Below the pieces are notes generated by a model, which saw only the letters and a list, made by a program, of their open reading frames with translations, was not told the origin of the DNA and did not search any database. This document shows positions 1 to 11,214 of a stretch of 32,000 nt of DNA, piece after piece. The stretch's first letter is position 1. Each line of letters opens with the position of its first letter. This DNA comes from Candidatus Saccharimonadota bacterium. Lineage in GTDB: Bacteria; Patescibacteriota; Gracilibacteria; BD1-5; UBA2023. The stretch is from the NCBI GenBank assembly GCA_042852035.1, contig BAAFHK010000001.1:480001-512000 (forward strand). Direction: 5' to 3'. A program made the position numbers and the translations under genes.

Positions 1-2234
1 TCACCTGAGCTCCGAATATCTCCGAAGCAAAATATGTGGCTGTAGCACTCGTAGGAGCGCGCCTACCTGGAGATTTTCTCATTTCTGAAAGGCCCATGGC
101 AGGAATGATGAGTCGTGGAATGATTTGTGGTGCGGATGAAATATGACTTTCTAAAGAATCAGATGGCGGAATCATGATACTTGAGCAATTATGGGAAGAA
201 GATACTCTTGAAAAAATGCTTGGAAAATCTTTGTTTGATTTAAGTCTTCCTTTCCCATGAAATAACTGAAAAGTTTTTGAGTACTCGATTGGGGAAGCTA
301 TGTTTGAGATAGACAATAAATTTATCACAAACCGACCTGATCTTTTTTCGGTACTGTGAAATGCAAGAGAATTTCATGCCATCTTTGATACACCGACTTT
401 TCTCACTCACACTTATTCATATTCAAATGAAAAAACCGTACAAAATCTCAAGAAACTTGATACAAAAATTGAGACTCGTGCCTGCCTTTCTTACCACCTC
501 CTTGAAATGAAGGATATAGTGGTAGGGAAGAGTCCATTTGGAATAAAACTTATGATGGAACGCGCCGATCTGACTGTAAAAATGGATATCGTGGATATAA
601 CAAACCTTATCATGACAGAACTCGGGCAACCTATGCACGTATTTGATAGTGATAAGCTCGTAGGAGGAATTACTGTAAGACAAGCTAAAGAATGAGAATC
701 GCTCCTTGCATTAAATGGAGTCACCTATAAGCTCTCTCCACTTGATATGGTAATAGCCGATGAAAGATGACCTGTTGCTCTTGCGTGAGTTATAGGCGGA
801 ATGGAAACAGCCGTGAGCGAAGAAACAAGAAATATTCTCTGGGAATCTGCCTGTTTTGATGCAACTTCAGTCCGACTCACTGCGCAAAGACATGGCATTC
901 GAACTGATGCCAGTACACGATATGAAAAATCTTTAGATCCAATACTTGCGAGCACTCCCTTTCCTCGTGTTATAGAATACTTAGAGTTTTTGGGGAAAAA
1001 TATACATCTCACTTGAGCATCTGAATATATTGATGCATCACAAATTCGAGAAATAGAGCTTGATGTTACAGAAGAGTTTATTGACATGAAAGCTGGTGTA
1101 CATATACCAAAAAATGAAATAACTGCCATACTGAACCGCTTAGGCTTTACTCTCTCAGGTGTTTTCGAAAATACCATCCACATCAAAGTTCCTTCATGGA
1201 GATCAAGCAAAGATATAAATATAAAAGAAGATATTGCTGAAGAAATAGCTCGAATTTATGGATATGACAAAACGCCTCTCGCTTCACTTGGATGAGGCTT
1301 TAGCATATGAAAAAAGAATCTCGATGCAAAACTTCGAAATATGATTCTTTCCTATCTTTCTCAAAAAAATTGGAATGAAGTCTATACGTACTCATTTACG
1401 AATGAGAAACTCGAAAGAGCCATAAAAAAAGAAAATCTTGATGATGCAATCACTGTTATTAATGCATTTAATGAAGAATACACTCACATGCGGACGTCTC
1501 TTGCCCCAAGACTCCTGTTGGCAGCAAGCGAAAACATAAAACAGAGTAAATCATTCGGATTTTTCGAAATAGGAAAAGTGTATAGTAAAAATTGAGTGAA
1601 TGCCAGCCCTCTTCTCGAAGAGATTGAAAAAAAACCATTCTCTGAAAAAAAGAAAATTGCTTGAATCCTTATTGGATGAAGTCTCGAAAAACTCCGAAGT
1701 GACATAGAGTGACTTCTGAATCAATCTCTTTCATACATTCCACCGGTTCACACTGGAACTCGTCTCTCATTTTTACACCCAGGCGCGAGCGGAACCTATA
1801 ACGAATGAGAAACTGTTATTGCAGAATTTGGCAATATTCATCCTGCCGTATCAAGTGCATTCTGACTCTGAGATTGCCTCTATTTTGAAATAGACTTTGA
1901 AATACTGCTTTCACATATGAAGGAAAGTGAAGTTCGTTTTGAACCAATTTCACGCTACCAGACTATTGCAAGAGAACTCAATTTTCTAATGGATGAACAT
2001 ACCCCGACTGGTGACGTTGCAAGAATCCTTGATGCACTTCATCCTTGGATAACTCAGGTAACTGTTGATTCTATATTTACTGATAAAGAGAAAATCTGAG
2101 AAGGAAAAAAGAGCGTAAATTACGCATTCATTCTCTCAAATCATGATGCAACCATATCAGATGAAGAGGCTCTTTCGGTCCAAAACCATATTATTGAGGA
2201 AATGAAACATAGAGGATTTGAACTTCGAAGATAG
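1..2234 (+). CDS. pheT: Phenylalanine--tRNA ligase beta subunit, 5'-truncated by the window edge
   Basis: Frame 3 is open from the window edge to TAG 2232-2234 once in-frame TGA is read as Gly. This joins track ORFs 507, 801, 1086, 1341 and 1917. Motifs: GADEIGLS, ITNRPDLFSVLGNAREF, and ADERGPVALAGVIGG with TGA at 768-770 and 786-788 on conserved Gly positions. Confidence 0.9.
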
Positions 2235-2286
2235 GTTATGTAACAAAAATTTTTAATTATTCAAGTTTTCTGTTAAGATAAAGGAT

Positions 2287-4527
2287 ATGTCAGATACACT
2301 TCTTACATCTCCAGAAATAGACTATACTAAATCTGATGCACTTATGCGAAAGCTCATTGAAGAAGTGAGCAGATACATGAGTATATCAAAATCAGATATA
2401 GAAGAAACTCTCTTAGGAACATATTATTTTGCACGAGATGCTCACCATGGTCAACTCCGAAAAAGTGGAGAACCCTATATTACACACCCGATAGAAGCAG
2501 CGCTCCTCCTTGTTCACCTCAAGCCTGATCTTACCTCTATTCAATCATGCATTCTCCATGATGTAATCGAAGATACTCAATATGATAAAGCCGAAATAGA
2601 AAAGCGCTTTGGTCATGATGTAGCGGTTATATGTGAGTGACTCTCAAAACTTTCTGCAATTAAATATCGGGGTGAGGAAAGAACTATCGAAAGTCTGAGA
2701 AAAATGCTTATTGCCATGGTAGAAGATTTAAGAGTGATTATCGTAAAACTTGCCGATCGCCTCCATAACATGCAGACGCTCGATCATCATCCAGACCCTA
2801 AAAAACGTGAACGCATCGCTCTCGAGACTCTCAATATCTACGCACCAATCGCGGATAGACTTGGTATATTTCGAATGAAAGAAATGCTTGAAACCGAGTG
2901 TTTCCGAATCCTTCACCCAGAAGAATATGCAAAAACTACAAGAGAACTTACCGATCTCAAAGAAGAGCAAGAGTACTTTATCAACGAAGCCAAAAGCATT
3001 ATCCGAGAAATGATTCCAGAGTCAGTTCCAATAATCGACATTTCCTATCGTATAAAAGCTCCATATAGTATATTCAAAAAGCTTCAACGAAAAGAATATT
3101 CGTATTCTCATGCAAGAGATCTCTATGACCTCTTTGCAATTCGTATTATTACAGACACCATTCCTCGATGTTACGAAGTCCTTTGATTTCTGCATAATGT
3201 TTTTGTGCCGATGCCCAAGCGATTCAAAGACTATATAGCACTCCCAAAGGAAAATTGATACCAATCGCTTCATACAACGGTTGTTGGTCTTTTTGCGAAA
3301 GTTCGCTCTCAACCAACTGAGATTCAAATTCGTACCCCAGAGATGCATATCCAAGCGGAAATCTGAGTAGCAGCACATTTTGAATATTCAGAAAAAGGGA
3401 AGTCCGTTCGATCAAGCGATAGTTATTGGGTAAAAACCATAAAAGAAATAACCGAGGCAACTCTTGAATGAGGAGAGTTTATGAAAGAAATGGAAATGAG
3501 TGTTTTCTCTGACCAGATATTTTGTTTTACTCCTACAGGTGATATTATCACACTTCCAAAAGGTGCTACTCCGATTGATTTTGCCTACGCCATACATACT
3601 CGTCTCGGAAATGAACTCACAATAGCAAAGGTAAATGGCCAAGTAGTTCCGCTCGATTATAGTCTCCACAATGGAGAAAGTGTTCAAATCGTCACCGATC
3701 CACACAGAAAACCAAACCCAATTTGGCTCTCGTTCGTAAAGACTGAGAAAGCTCGTGCCCATATTCGACAGTTTATAAACCGAGAAGAAAAAAGCTTCTT
3801 TATAGAAAAATGAAGGACTATTCTCAACTGATACCTCGAGAAAAATTATGGAAAATGACTCGATAAAGAGCTCTCACTGCTCAAAATTGTAGATGGAAAA
3901 AATCTTGATATGAGAGAGAAGGAGGATGTCCTCGTACAAATAGGGAACCTCTCGAGAAAGCCTGGATCACTCCTCAAGGCAATAAATGATGTAACAATCA
4001 AACATCATTTTGGAGAAAGAGTCGAGGAGGCGAAAGGAGAAAAAAGGAAACGACCTCCAAAAGTATCAATCAATGAAAGTGAGAGTGTTATCATCTGAAA
4101 GGAAAGAGATATTCCCTATAAATTCGCTCAATGCTGTGATCCAAAATCTGGAGATAAGCTTCTCTGAGCTATATGAAGGTGAGTCGTTACCATTCACCGT
4201 GCAGATTGTCCAAACATAGAACGCATTCATCTCGGAAGACGTATTCCAGCTCGCTGGAGCAATATGCCAATAGAACAAACGCTTCTGAATATAAGGTTAG
4301 ATTTTTATGATAAAAAATGACTTTTACGGCAACTTACCGAGATTTTTTACCAATTTTGACTCAATATTGAAAGTCTCCACACCGAAGAAACAGAAAGAGG
4401 AAAGGTACGCGATCACTTTATCTTATCAAGTGATGAAGAAGACTACTACCTCTACGAACGGGTAATCGACCGTATTCGTTTCGAGATTCCAGAATTTATC
4501 TCATCAGAACTCATTTCATTTCAATAA
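2287..4527 (+). CDS. rel: Bifunctional (p)ppGpp synthetase/hydrolase (RelA/SpoT homologue, RSH)
   Basis: Frame 1 runs from ATG 2287 to TAA 4525-4527 and joins track ORFs 2287, 2704, 3481 and 3910 through TGA=Gly. HD hydrolase motifs: HHGQLRKSGEPYITHP, ILHDVIEDT. Synthetase motifs: YSIFKKLQRK, DLFAIRIIT, YQSLHTTV, EIQIRTPEMH. TGS-like FTPTGDIITLPKGATPIDFAYAIHT and an ACT-like C-terminus. Confidence 0.9.
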
Positions 4528-4532
4528 TTTCT

Positions 4533-4778
4533 ATGGATTTTCTTATTTGATTTCTCATTATCGGGGCAGGGATTGCTGTCATGAAGTACCGATATACCGT
4601 ATATGGAGTCACTGGAGAATGGGGCTGGGCCTCACAATACCTCTGATGAAATGGAACCATAACTGCGATTGTCCTTATTGGGATGCTCTTAGTTTGAGTG
4701 GGCGTTGCGTACCCATTTTGAGTATTTGATAACGTCTGAAAACAACCCACCCTTCAGCAGGCTAATAAAGCTCCATAA
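4533..4778 (+). CDS. Small hydrophobic (about 2-TM) membrane protein, 81 aa, function unknown
   Basis: ATG 4533 lies 5 nt after the rel stop, and the frame ends at TAA 4776-4778. Reading 6 in-frame TGA as Gly gives MDFLIGFLIIGAGIAVMKYRY...ITAIVLIGMLLVGVGVAYPFGV, two Gly-rich hydrophobic segments. No homologue recognised. Confidence 0.5.
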
Positions 4779-4812
4779 TCTTGAATTTTTCTAGAAAATA
4801 TGAGATACTTAA

Positions 4813-5157
4813 GGCATGTGAACGATCTCAAAAGCACATGCCGAACTGAGTTGAGCTGGATATGCTGACTCCGATGAGTCAGTAGCGACTTTAGCTGAGC
4901 TCGAAGAAAGAGAAAGAGTTATTAGACAACTTTTATCAGAAACAAAAGTTGAAGTATCATGAAGGCTTGATGCTATCCTTTCTAATCGGGTATCAGAACT
5001 AAAGGAGTATGTGAAAGTCCATCTTAAATATATTCTCTTAAAACTTCAAACAACTGGATGACTCTCTTATCTGGAATACCAAACTTTTGCTTCATTGCCA
5101 AAGGATGAGCAAATCGAGAGATTATTGGATATTTACTCAAAAGAGTCTGGTCAATAG
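4813..5157 (+). CDS. Hypothetical protein, open frame only, start unresolved
   Basis: Frame 1 is open from the TAA at 4810-4812 to TAG 5155-5157. The translation looks coding (Glu/Lys-rich): ...LAELEERERVIRQLLSETKVEVSGRLDAILSNRVSELKEYVKVHLKYILLKLQ...DEQIERLLDIYSKESGQ. No in-frame ATG, GTG or TTG occurs before about 5011, so the real start or frame history is unknown. Confidence 0.3.
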
Positions 5158-5226
5158 GCATTTCTCTACTGCAAAATGCTTGCAAAATAATCTTTTTTTT
5201 ATAAAATCCGCTCGCTTTCCTGATAT

Positions 5227-5301
5227 TGGGATATCGCCAAGTGGTAAGGCTCCGGACTCTGAATCCGGCATTCGTAGGTTCGAATCCTACTATCCCAGCC
5301 A
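5227..5301 (+). tRNA. tRNA-Gln, anticodon CUG, with encoded CCA
   Basis: Cloverleaf read by eye: acceptor TGGGATA/TATCCCA (U1:A72, as in bacterial tRNA-Gln), D arm GCCA-AGTGGTA-AGGC, anticodon arm CCGGA-CTCTGAA-TCCGG (anticodon CTG), variable loop CATTC, T arm GTAGG-TTCGAAT-CCTAC, discriminator G plus CCA. It aligns position by position with my recollection of E. coli tRNA-Gln(CUG). Confidence 0.93.
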
Positions 5302-5368
5302 TAAAAAATCGAGCTCGCAGACCATGTTGCCTGCGTTTCACATAACACTCAGTTTCCGCATAAAATAG

Positions 5369-5410
5369 AAGGAATTCTCCGATTTGGAGAGTTCCTTTCT
5401 TTTTTGTTTT
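5369..5410 (+). terminator. Rho-independent terminator-like hairpin after tRNA-Gln
   Basis: GGAATTCTCC (5371-5380), loop GATTT, GGAGAGTTCC (5386-5395) with one mismatch, followed by TTTCTTTTTTGTTTT. It lies between the tRNA and the stop of the convergent recombinase gene. Confidence 0.5.
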
Positions 5411-5462
5411 CTTGTGGTTATATATGTGTCCTTGTTTCTAGAGTTAGTTGGATTCGAACTTT

Positions 5463-6863
5463 TTAGGATACTTTAAATGATCCTGATTTCTCTATGTAAA
5501 CTTTTTTATCCTTGAGAATAATATCTGCTTGGATCATCCCGAGTATTTCTCGTTTCTCATCTTTGCTTCCGTTCGAGATCATATACTTCATATACTCTCT
5601 GAGGTTTATCTGTTTGGTAGATACGACATCTCGAGAGTCTTTTTTGAGGAGTTGGGATTGGAAGAGATTGTACCTTCGTATTTCTTCCTTGAGACTATCT
5701 CAGACAGATATGGTATTAATATCTATATCATCAAGCATTTCGAGGAGCTGTAATATGAGAGCATCTTCTCGGATCATAGGATTCTTGCACTTATGATCAT
5801 GGCACTTACTACAGTGGTAGTAGACGTAACTTCTCGGATCTTTTTGTCCAAGTATTTTCTTGAACTTTTCTTGAGCCGTAATCCCAGATCCACAGAGTCC
5901 ACACTTCATGATCTTCGTGAATTCGAAGTTCTTATTCCGTGGTCTATATCTTGGAGAGAGATTGAGCTGATCTTGTACTTCATCGAAGAGTTCTTTGGTA
6001 ATAATCGGTTCATAGTTTCCCTTACACCAATTCCCACTTCCTCTCGGGTATTCATACATACCGTAGTACATAGGATTATTGAGGATAGAGTATATAGCAG
6101 AGACGACCAGTGGTTTTCCACTTCGAGTCCTCATAGGAGTTTCCTCGAGGAGAAATCTCTGTACGGCTCGACCACTCATTCCTTCATGAGCTACTTTCTC
6201 GAATATAAGCTTTATATATGGAGCCCTCTCAGGATCTATAGCGATTTTTCAGCCATTTCTGAGATAGCTTCTTTCATTGGTATATCCAAGGGGTGCTTTA
6301 TGAGGGAGATGTCAGAGTTCTGCTTTGGTTTTGAGTCCTCGGATAACATTTATACTCCTGTTATCATTCTCGAGCTTTGCTTGAGAGCAGAGAATCATAA
6401 GGAGGAATTTCTCATTGGGAGCATTCTTGAATATCTGACCGTTGGTTCTGATTTCTTGAAGCTTTCCTTGATCCATGAGGTCAACCACCGACCCAAGGTC
6501 TCAAGCATTTCTCGAGAGTCTATCTGGAGCCCAGGAGAGAATCGAGTTATACCGTCATTGTCTGAGTCAATCAAGGAGAGTATTGAATCATTCGCGAGCT
6601 CCTGAAGCTTTCGCTGACTTACTCTCCCTGATGATCTCGACCACATCGAGTTTATCTCGTTCTGCTACCTTTCGCATTGCCTCGATCTGAGACTCTATAG
6701 AAAGGGCTTGTCGCTCATCATCTTCTGATGATTTTCGTACATAGAGGCAGTAGGTTCGGACCAGAGTCTCTTCTCAAAAGCTTCGAATGTTTTCCCAAGG
6801 ATTTCATCCTCCTGTCTGAGGTTTCTTGGATGATATTTTTGGTCTTTCGAGTGTTTCGATCAT
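5463..6863 (-). CDS. Large serine recombinase (resolvase domain + recombinase domain + zinc ribbon), 466 aa
   Basis: ATG at 6863 to TAA (complement of 5463-5465), in frame with track ORF 5700..6179. N-terminal catalytic region YCLYVRKSSEDDERQALSIESQ and SWAPDRLSRNAGDLGSVVDLM (Gly from TGA). Cys cluster CGLCGSG...YYHCSKCHDHKC. Coiled-coil tail. Confidence 0.9.
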
Positions 6864-6964
6864 AGTACTCAAGTTATTATCCTACAAGACACATATATGT
6901 ATTTTTCCACTTGGAAGTCTAGGCGAAAGTGAGAGAAAAGAGCATTAAGATGCTAAAAAGCTCA

Positions 6965-8476
6965 TTAAAACGTTCAAATATAGAAACAACGATCCTTTTT
7001 CTCGTAAACTGCCGTTACCATCATCGTAAGTGCATCCACAAGATCATCGTGCCGTTCCTTTCCAAATCCAACCAATTCTTCTACAAGCATTCTTCATGCT
7101 TCAGTATTTGGAAAACGAATCTTTCCAGAACGTATAAGGTCACTTATCAGAATCAGTCGCTCTCGTTTTGATCCTGCTGGCTTACGACCAACAATATCCA
7201 TTTTTGAGTTTTTCTGAAGGAATTTCTCCATAGCTATTTGGTAGCCGACGGTCTCTATATAAACCTCATGTTTCTTGAGATTATGAAGATCTGAATTCTT
7301 TTTATGGTAGAATTCAAGGGTCTCTACTGTCGTTGGGAAATCCATTTTGCTTTTGAATGCATCTATAATATAGATCATTTTATGCTCATGTTTTCCCCAG
7401 ACGGATCCTGTGACAAATGCTGTATAATCCGCTGAGTCTGACTCTGAAATAGCAAGGTCAACCCCTGTAGCGAGCTGATGAGGATGAGTCGGTTGAGTTT
7501 CTTCATATGTTTCGCTCCACCCACCTCTTTCTCTATGAACCATAGAGGATCATCGCTCAGGAAGGACATCATACCAGTGAATCCACTCTGGCTTAATAAC
7601 CTGTCATTCTGCTCCTGCATCCTCGAGAAGATACTCAGTTCTCCATGCAATCTCACTTCAAATCGTCTCCCTGAGTTCTTGTATATCTTCATCTGTGTAC
7701 CTCTCGCTCCAGAGGCACTTTCCGTGTTCATCGAGAAGTGGATATTTGCGAAATACTCATGACTTCTGTCCGCTTTCGATACGTTCTCTCATTCGCATGA
7801 GAAGAGAGTCTCTATGGAGCATATTTCATACGAGAAATACTCGAGTCTTCTTGATATCTCCAAGAGGTATGAGCTCTTTCGTAAACCATTCAAAAAGTTT
7901 ATCTCGTCATTCACGAGTTTTTACAGACTGGAGATCCTCGATATCATCTGCTATGATGAGTTCTGGGCGATGATTGCGATGTCGCATTCATCGAGTGGAT
8001 TGATCCACAGAAACCACGGTAATACGAGCCTGAGACCTCAGAAGTACAATGGAAGAGGAGTTGAATTCATCTCCATCATCTCGAAATGGTCAGAGATCTT
8101 TTTTGAGAAGCTCATTATTGAGAATTTCTTCCTTGAGGTTTCTCATATAGAGTTTTGCTTGTCATTGAGTCTGAGCTACAATAACAATGAACTTATTCTG
8201 ATGTTTCCCAAGAATACTCCAAATAGGGAATGCTGTATTGATTATAGTAGACTTTCCTGATCACCTGAAAGCCATAATCGTGGTAAAGCGATTTTTCTCA
8301 TCTTCGATAAAATGAAAGATTTCTTTGTGAAACCATGCCATAGGAGCAGTTACATAGTGAGCAAAGTAGATTTCGAAGAAAAGCTGAAAACTTTCTTTTG
8401 CAAGTTCTCTCCGTATCCCTGTAGATTGTTCTATAGCTTTGAGATCCTTTGGATCTATATGAAGTTGTTGACTCAT
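6965..8476 (-). CDS. terL: Phage terminase large subunit, 503 aa
   Basis: ATG 8476 to TAA (complement of 6965-6967), joining track ORFs 8261..8476 and 7094..7543. Walker A is MAFRGSGKST, with the first Gly encoded by TGA at complement 8261-8263. Walker B is PELIIADDIED. The nuclease half has GVDLAISESDSADYTAF and ERHDDLVDALTM. Confidence 0.88.
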
Positions 8477-8523
8477 AAATGAAAAATGTAAGTGGATATA
8501 AAAAATGTAGTGATTGGTATAAC

Positions 8524-8919
8524 TTATTCTTTGGGCTGATACGCTTTCAGAACTCTTCGAACAATCTCTTTTTGTTCTTTCGTGAGTTCTTCTCGTTCGG
8601 GAATATCGACTATCTCAAGCTTATTACTATATGAGGTATGACGAGATCTGAGCCAAAAAGCTATAGCGGACATATTTCCGTCTTTCACGGCTTTGAGAAG
8701 TTGGGATTCTGCAAGGTCATTCATCATTGCCACTCATTTTGAGAGAGCTTCTCTGGAAGCCTTTGCGAATGCTTTGTCAGATTGCATCCATCGGTAGTAG
8801 GTAGATCGACCAACTCCACTTTTCTCACAAGCAATCTGTACTATCGGAGTCTTTTCGAGATGTTCGAGAAGAAGCTTCTTCTCTTGCTTTATACGATTTT
8901 GTAGTCCTGTAGAAGTCAT
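8524..8919 (-). CDS. terS: Putative terminase small subunit / HTH DNA-binding protein, 131 aa
   Basis: Track ORFs 8734..8919 and 8524..8733 are joined by a single TGA. HTH IVQIACEKSGVGRSTYYRWMQ, then DGNMSAIAFWLRSRH, which is typical of small terminase-like proteins. It sits directly upstream of terL. Confidence 0.55.
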
Positions 8920-8964
8920 ATGATTTATGAATGAGGGATGGAAGAGGATTCAGAGTCCGATGCC

Positions 8965-9759
8965 TTACCCGAGTTTGAGAGCCGTTTTTCCTGTAAGCTT
9001 TTCCCATCGTTTGATGATACGAGCTATATAGACTGGATTTTGTTCTACCATCACACAGACTCGTCAGGTTTGCTCTGAAGCGATAAGCGTGCTTCATGAT
9101 CCTCAGAAGGGATCATATACTGTGTCTCATATTCGACTCGAGTTCAATATGAGTTCACGAAGGAGAGGAATAGGCTTCATCGTAGGATGAATTGTGTTCT
9201 TGCGAACTTTTGCGAATGCAAGAACACTCTTGGATTTTCCTCAGTAGAATGCATGTTTTCCATGCCAGCCATAGGCAATGAGTTCATGCTGAGGAAGATA
9301 ATCGAGCCGTCAGATAATCGCACTATCCTTGACCCATACGATGAGCTGAGTGAACTTCCATCAGGCTCGAAGCATTCCATCTCGGAGAGCGAATATCATC
9401 TTATCAGCATTAAAGATATAGCTCGCATTCTTCTCGCTGAGGTATGGAATGATTGGTCGTAGCCATCCCTCGGTGAATCATGCGTATTCTTCATCCGACT
9501 GAAATCCATCGTTTGCTATATCCACGTGCTCTTTTGTGCTTTCATTGAATCCTACTTTTGATGCCACATAGTCGATCCCGTATGGCGGATCTGTGAGGAG
9601 GAGTTCAATCCTTTTCCCTTTGAGGAGAGCATTGAGTGACTCGGTATCTCGAGAATCGGCACAAAGAAGGGTATGTTCTCCAAGGAGAAATCTATCTCCA
9701 TAAGCAATAGAAGCATCATTAGTTGAGTTTTCTTGCTGTATTTCCTGTAAGTTGTTCAT
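8965..9759 (-). CDS. DNA methyltransferase, beta class (N6-adenine or N4-cytosine), 264 aa
   Basis: ATG 9759 to TAA (complement of 8965-8967). Motif order is IV before I: LLTDPPYGI, then HPTMKPIPLLRELILNSS and VYDPFGGSGSTLIA (two Gly from TGA). The C-terminal tail IIKRWEKLTGKTALKLG is paralogous to the upstream gene. Confidence 0.88.
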
Positions 9760-11023
9760 AACGTTTAATAATTAGGTCTATAAAAATGGGTTCATGTTCC
9801 ATGAGGACAGCTCTTCGCTTAATCTGTTCACAGGCGATGAGCGTACTTCCAGATCATCCGAAGAGGTCGATTACCGTATCTCATACCTTTGTACATCGTT
9901 TTAGGGGCTTCTCATGGAGTGTTGGAGGTTTTTCCGTTGGATGCTCATACTCTCCGACGGAGAGTCGTTTCGCGAGCCAAATATCGAAAAGGTCGATGAT
10001 ATCTTCGAGAACTCTATTTCCGACTCAAACTTCTTTATCCAGCACCTCATGAAGATTTCGAAATTCTGTAGAAAGAGAGGGTTTTCACTTCGTGCCATAG
10101 ACACATGGCTCATATGCTCGGTTGAAGGCGACATTTGGTGTAGCATTCATATTATTTTTGATCCAGAGACATACCCTGCGGGGAAGTATCCCGAGTGACT
10201 CATAGAGAGACTGTATGAGTCCGATCATGTTCGGATCACACCACATGAATATATGAGTATCTTTCTCGGCATATCTGAGTCCGTTGTGAAGAGCTTTTTC
10301 GAGGAAGAGAAAATAGTCTTCTTTGGACTTGGTATCATTTGTTTTCTTTCCACCATAACTTTTTCATTGACTCAGTCCCTTTGAGTAATCCAGTCAGATA
10401 TTATACGGAGGGTCGTAGTAGAGCATGGATATATTCGAATCAGGAGGGATTGTCTCGAAGAGTTTTCGTACATCCTCTTCATTGGTCGAGTCTCCGCACA
10501 TGATCCGATGCTCTCCGAGGGCATAGATATCTCCGAGTTTTGCCGTAGGAGTTACGATCGATTCAAGTTCTTTTTCTACATCAAATCCATCCTCCTCGAC
10601 TCCGAGCATATCGTCCCAGATTGCGGAGAGTTCGGAGTTATCGAATCCGACATCTAGAAGGAGTCAGAGATCAAGATCCTTCAGGAGTTCAAAGTCCCAT
10701 TCTCACGTATTTTGATTGAGTCTCAGATTGAGCTCTTTTTCTCGGTCTATATCAAGGTCGAGATATATGACAGGAACTTCCGTCATACCGAGCTCTTTTG
10801 CTACCTTGAGCCTGAAGTGTCCTCCGATCACGATATTCATGCGATCAGGATGTCGATTCGCAATAATCGGATCCACTAGACCGTATCTCGTGATACTTTC
10901 TTTTAGATGTTCAACTTGTTTCGCAGTATGTTTGCGAGGGTTGTACTCGGCAGGGTTGAGGATATCTGCCTTCACATACACTATCTCATGTGAGATATCT
11001 GGAACGATTTTGTCTTGTGACAT
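9719..11023 (-). CDS. ParB-like nuclease domain fused to a beta-class DNA methyltransferase, 434 aa
   Basis: ATG 11023 to TAA (complement of 9719-9721), joining track ORFs 10703..11023 and 10394..10609. ParB-N region: NPRKHTAKQVEHLKESITRYGLVDPIIA...GGHFRLKVAKELG. MTase motifs: YYDPPYNI, EHPTEKPPTLHEKPLKRCTKVGDTVIDLFGGSGSTLIA. The 3' end overlaps the next MTase start by 41 nt. Confidence 0.88.
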
Positions 11024-11142
11024 AAGAGTGAAATAAAAGGATAGAATTTGAGGTGTCGACTCCCCCTGATAAAAACAGTAGATATGTCACATAGGTCTCA
11101 AAACTATTTTTGAATTTTCCTTATTAATCCTCTATTTTAAAA

Positions 11143-11173
11143 GAAAATCCCTCAATTTATTTTGAGGGATTTT
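11143..11173 (-). terminator. Rho-independent terminator after the MBL gene
   Basis: Perfect inverted repeat AAAATCCCTCAA / TTGAGGGATTTT with a 6-nt loop, flanked by T-runs on the - strand. It lies about 40 nt downstream of the stop at 11215. Confidence 0.6.
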
Positions 11174-11214
11174 GTTAGAAAAATTGTCAATGTTTGTCAC
11201 GCAATGAGTAGCTT

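Larger units (their letters stand above)
5302..11173 (-). mobile_element. Integrated phage-derived element (prophage remnant or satellite-like island) next to tRNA-Gln; right boundary unresolved
   Basis: It starts immediately 3' of tRNA-Gln. Contents: large serine recombinase, terL, terS and two phage-type methyltransferases, all co-oriented. No portal, capsid or tail genes are in the window. No att repeats were found by eye, which is expected for serine recombinases. Confidence 0.55.

Noticed and set aside
4529-4780. A possible structured RNA (tmRNA-like GGGGC start, G-rich stretch) after rel.
   Set aside because: There is no tRNA-like acceptor/T-arm ending in CCA and no tag reading frame. 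The region translates cleanly under table 25 as an 81-aa two-segment hydrophobic protein starting 5 nt after the rel stop.
5024-5341. A 105-aa - strand ORF in the track.
   Set aside because: It runs straight through the tRNA-Gln gene (5227-5301), so the long form is spurious. Only its short 3' part (5024-5160) remains, as a weak alternative to the + strand frame.
5793-6605. A 270-aa + strand ORF in the track.
   Set aside because: It is antisense to the well-supported serine recombinase. Its translation is Ser/Leu/Ile-rich with no motifs. It is a typical shadow ORF in AT-rich DNA.
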